From contig CAVYTA010000006.1 of the NCBI GenBank assembly GCA_963771355.1, positions 2,624,001 through 2,688,000 on the forward strand: 64,000 nucleotides of DNA, written 5' to 3'. The notes beneath the pieces are model-generated. The model saw only the letters and a list, made by a program, of their open reading frames with translations, was not told where the DNA came from and did not search any database. This DNA is from an uncultured Candidatus Rokubacteria bacterium. Lineage in GTDB: Bacteria; Methylomirabilota; Methylomirabilia; Rokubacteriales; CSP1-6. Of this stretch, positions 62,375-64,000 are shown in pieces (positions within the stretch are counted from its first letter, which is position 1; each line of letters opens with the position of its first letter). A program made the translations under genes and the position numbers.

Positions 62375-64000
62375 TCAGCGGAGGTGGAAGGGGACGTCGA
62401 CCACCACCACGCGCTTGTGGAAGAGAAGCGCGCCTTTGATGAGGAGCGCGGTCTGGTTGTGGAGAAGATGCTGCCACCAGCGTCGCGGGATGAACTCCGG
62501 AATGACGATGGTCACCATGTGGTCCTCGCCGAGGGCGAGGTGGTGGTCGACGTAGTCGAGGAAGGGGGCGAGGAGAGAGCGGTAGGGAGAGCTCAGCACC
62601 ACCAGGGGGATGCCGAGCCCCCACTTCCCCCACTTCTCCTCCAGCCGCCGCGTCCGCTCGGGATCCGTCTCCACGAAGACCGCCTTCACCGCCGGGGACA
62701 GGGATTGCGCGTAGCGGAGCGCCACCGAGACGCCCTGGTGGAGGTCACCCACCAGGACCAGCACCGTGTTGCGAATGGGCGGGGGCGGGTCGTAGCGCTC
62801 CATTGAGAGCTGGCCGGCCACGTCCGCGTAGTGACGATGCACGCCGAGAAACAGCGCCACCAGCAGCGGAATCAGCAGCACCACGATCCACGCGCCGTGC
62901 GTGAACTTGGTGCCCGCAATCACCAGCATGACGAGGCCGGTGATGGTGGCGCCGACCGCGTTGAGCCACCAGCGCCACCACCAGCCCTCCTCCCGGCGGG
63001 TGAGCCAGCGGCGCACCATGCTGGCCTGCGACAGGGTGAAGGAGATGAACACCCCCACTGCGTAGAGCGGGATGAGGGCGTGAGTGTCACCGCCGAAGAG
63101 CACGATGAGGGCGGCCGCCGTCGCCCCCAGGATGATGATGCCGTTCGAGTAGACGAGACGGTCGCCTCGGGTGCCGAACTGGCGGGGGATGAAGCCGTCG
63201 CGGGCCAGGAAGTAGGCGAGCCGCGGAAAGTCGGCGAAGGAGGTATTGGCGGCGAGGATCAGGATCAGCATGGTGACGACCTGGATCTCGTAGTAGAGCA
63301 GGCCCCCGCCGAAGATCTGGCGGGCAAGCTGGGACACCACCGTCTCCTCCGCGCGGGGCACCACGTGGTAGTGGTGGGCGAGGAAGGTGATGCCCATGAA
63401 CAGCACGATGAGGATGACGCCCAGCCAGACCAGCACGGTGCGGGCGTTGCGCGACTCGGGAGGCTCGAAGGCGGGTACCCCGTCCGACACCGCCTCCACG
63501 CCGGTGAGCGCGGTGCAGCCCGAGGCGAAAGCACGGAGGATGAGGAAGAGGGAAGCCGCCTGCAGGCCTTCCGCCGCCACCTCCGGGCGAGGCGGCACGC
63601 CCATCTCCCAGCCGAATGCCCAGCGGGCGAAGCCATAGACGAGCATGGCGCCAAAGCTGGCGATGAAGAGATAGGTGGGGGCGGAGAAGAGCTTGCCGGA
63701 TTCGCGGATCCCGCGGAGGTTGGCGGTGGTGATGGCGGCGATGAAGAGCACTCCCAGCGCCACCCGGTAGTCGAACAGCGCGGGAAAGGCCGAGGTGATG
63801 GCGGCCACGCCGGCGGCCACGCTCACCGCCACCGTCAGCACGTAGTCGATGAGGAGCGCGGCGCCCGCGACCAGCCCGGCGTAGGTGCCGAGATTGTCTT
63901 TGGCCACGATGTAAGCACCGCCGCCCTGGGGATAGCAGCGGATGGTCTGGCGGTAGGAGCTCACCACGATCGCGATGAGGAGCGCGATGGCGATCCCGAT
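62375..64000 (-). CDS. KimA/YdaO-like APC-superfamily transporter, tandem paralog (5' end beyond window)
   Basis: SYRQTI..YPQGGGAY, AFASGCTALTGVEA, LIPLYAVGVF, LLHNQTA. Confidence 0.85.
   Translation of the reverse strand: MGIAIALLIAIVVSSYRQTIRCYPQGGGAYIVAKDNLGTYAGLVAGAALLIDYVLTVAVSVAAGVAAITSAFPALFDYRVALGVLFIAAITTANLRGIRESGKLFSAPTYLFIASFGAMLVYGFARWAFGWEMGVPPRPEVAAEGLQAASLFLILRAFASGCTALTGVEAVSDGVPAFEPPESRNARTVLVWLGVILIVLFMGITFLAHHYHVVPRAEETVVSQLARQIFGGGLLYYEIQVVTMLILILAANTSFADFPRLAYFLARDGFIPRQFGTRGDRLVYSNGIIILGATAAALIVLFGGDTHALIPLYAVGVFISFTLSQASMVRRWLTRREEGWWWRWWLNAVGATITGLVMLVIAGTKFTHGAWIVVLLIPLLVALFLGVHRHYADVAGQLSMERYDPPPPIRNTVLVLVGDLHQGVSVALRYAQSLSPAVKAVFVETDPERTRRLEEKWGKWGLGIPLVVLSSPYRSLLAPFLDYVDHHLALGEDHMVTIVIPEFIPRRWWQHLLHNQTALLIKGALLFHKRVVVVDVPFHLR

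Overview
High-GC bacterial chromosome segment, about 70% GC by eye. Its many dipeptide/oligopeptide-type ABC systems, a Sec-containing gene and general gene content resemble Rokubacteria/Methylomirabilota; that assignment is inference only. From left to right it holds: three peptide/nickel-type ABC clusters with amidohydrolases, E. coli-type frdABCD, tRNA-Phe, a long minus-strand run (mreBCD-mrdA-rodA-rng, metE-like, a CsoR-box/ceramidase-like/csoR/copA/YHS copper operon, GGT, DUF4392, aminotransferase), ppa, two tandem csp genes, a stress-type operon (alkA, DUF971, AhpD-like selenoprotein, PPOX, ABC-F, HNH, copC) and two tandem KimA-like transporters. No integrase, transposase or CRISPR array was seen. 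The best leads are: (1) a standalone, highly structured ~330-nt minus-strand transcript (about 54355-54690) with its own promoter and terminator, encoding a 13-aa peptide behind a leader complementary to the 16S rRNA 3' end, probably extending into helix 45; (2) an unannotated CxxU AhpD/CMD selenoprotein with a clear SECIS hairpin; (3) a shared terminator-plus-hairpin attenuator leader in both csp genes; (4) a CsoR operator placing a ceramidase-like gene under copper control. Several single-base frameshifts look like sequencing or consensus errors.
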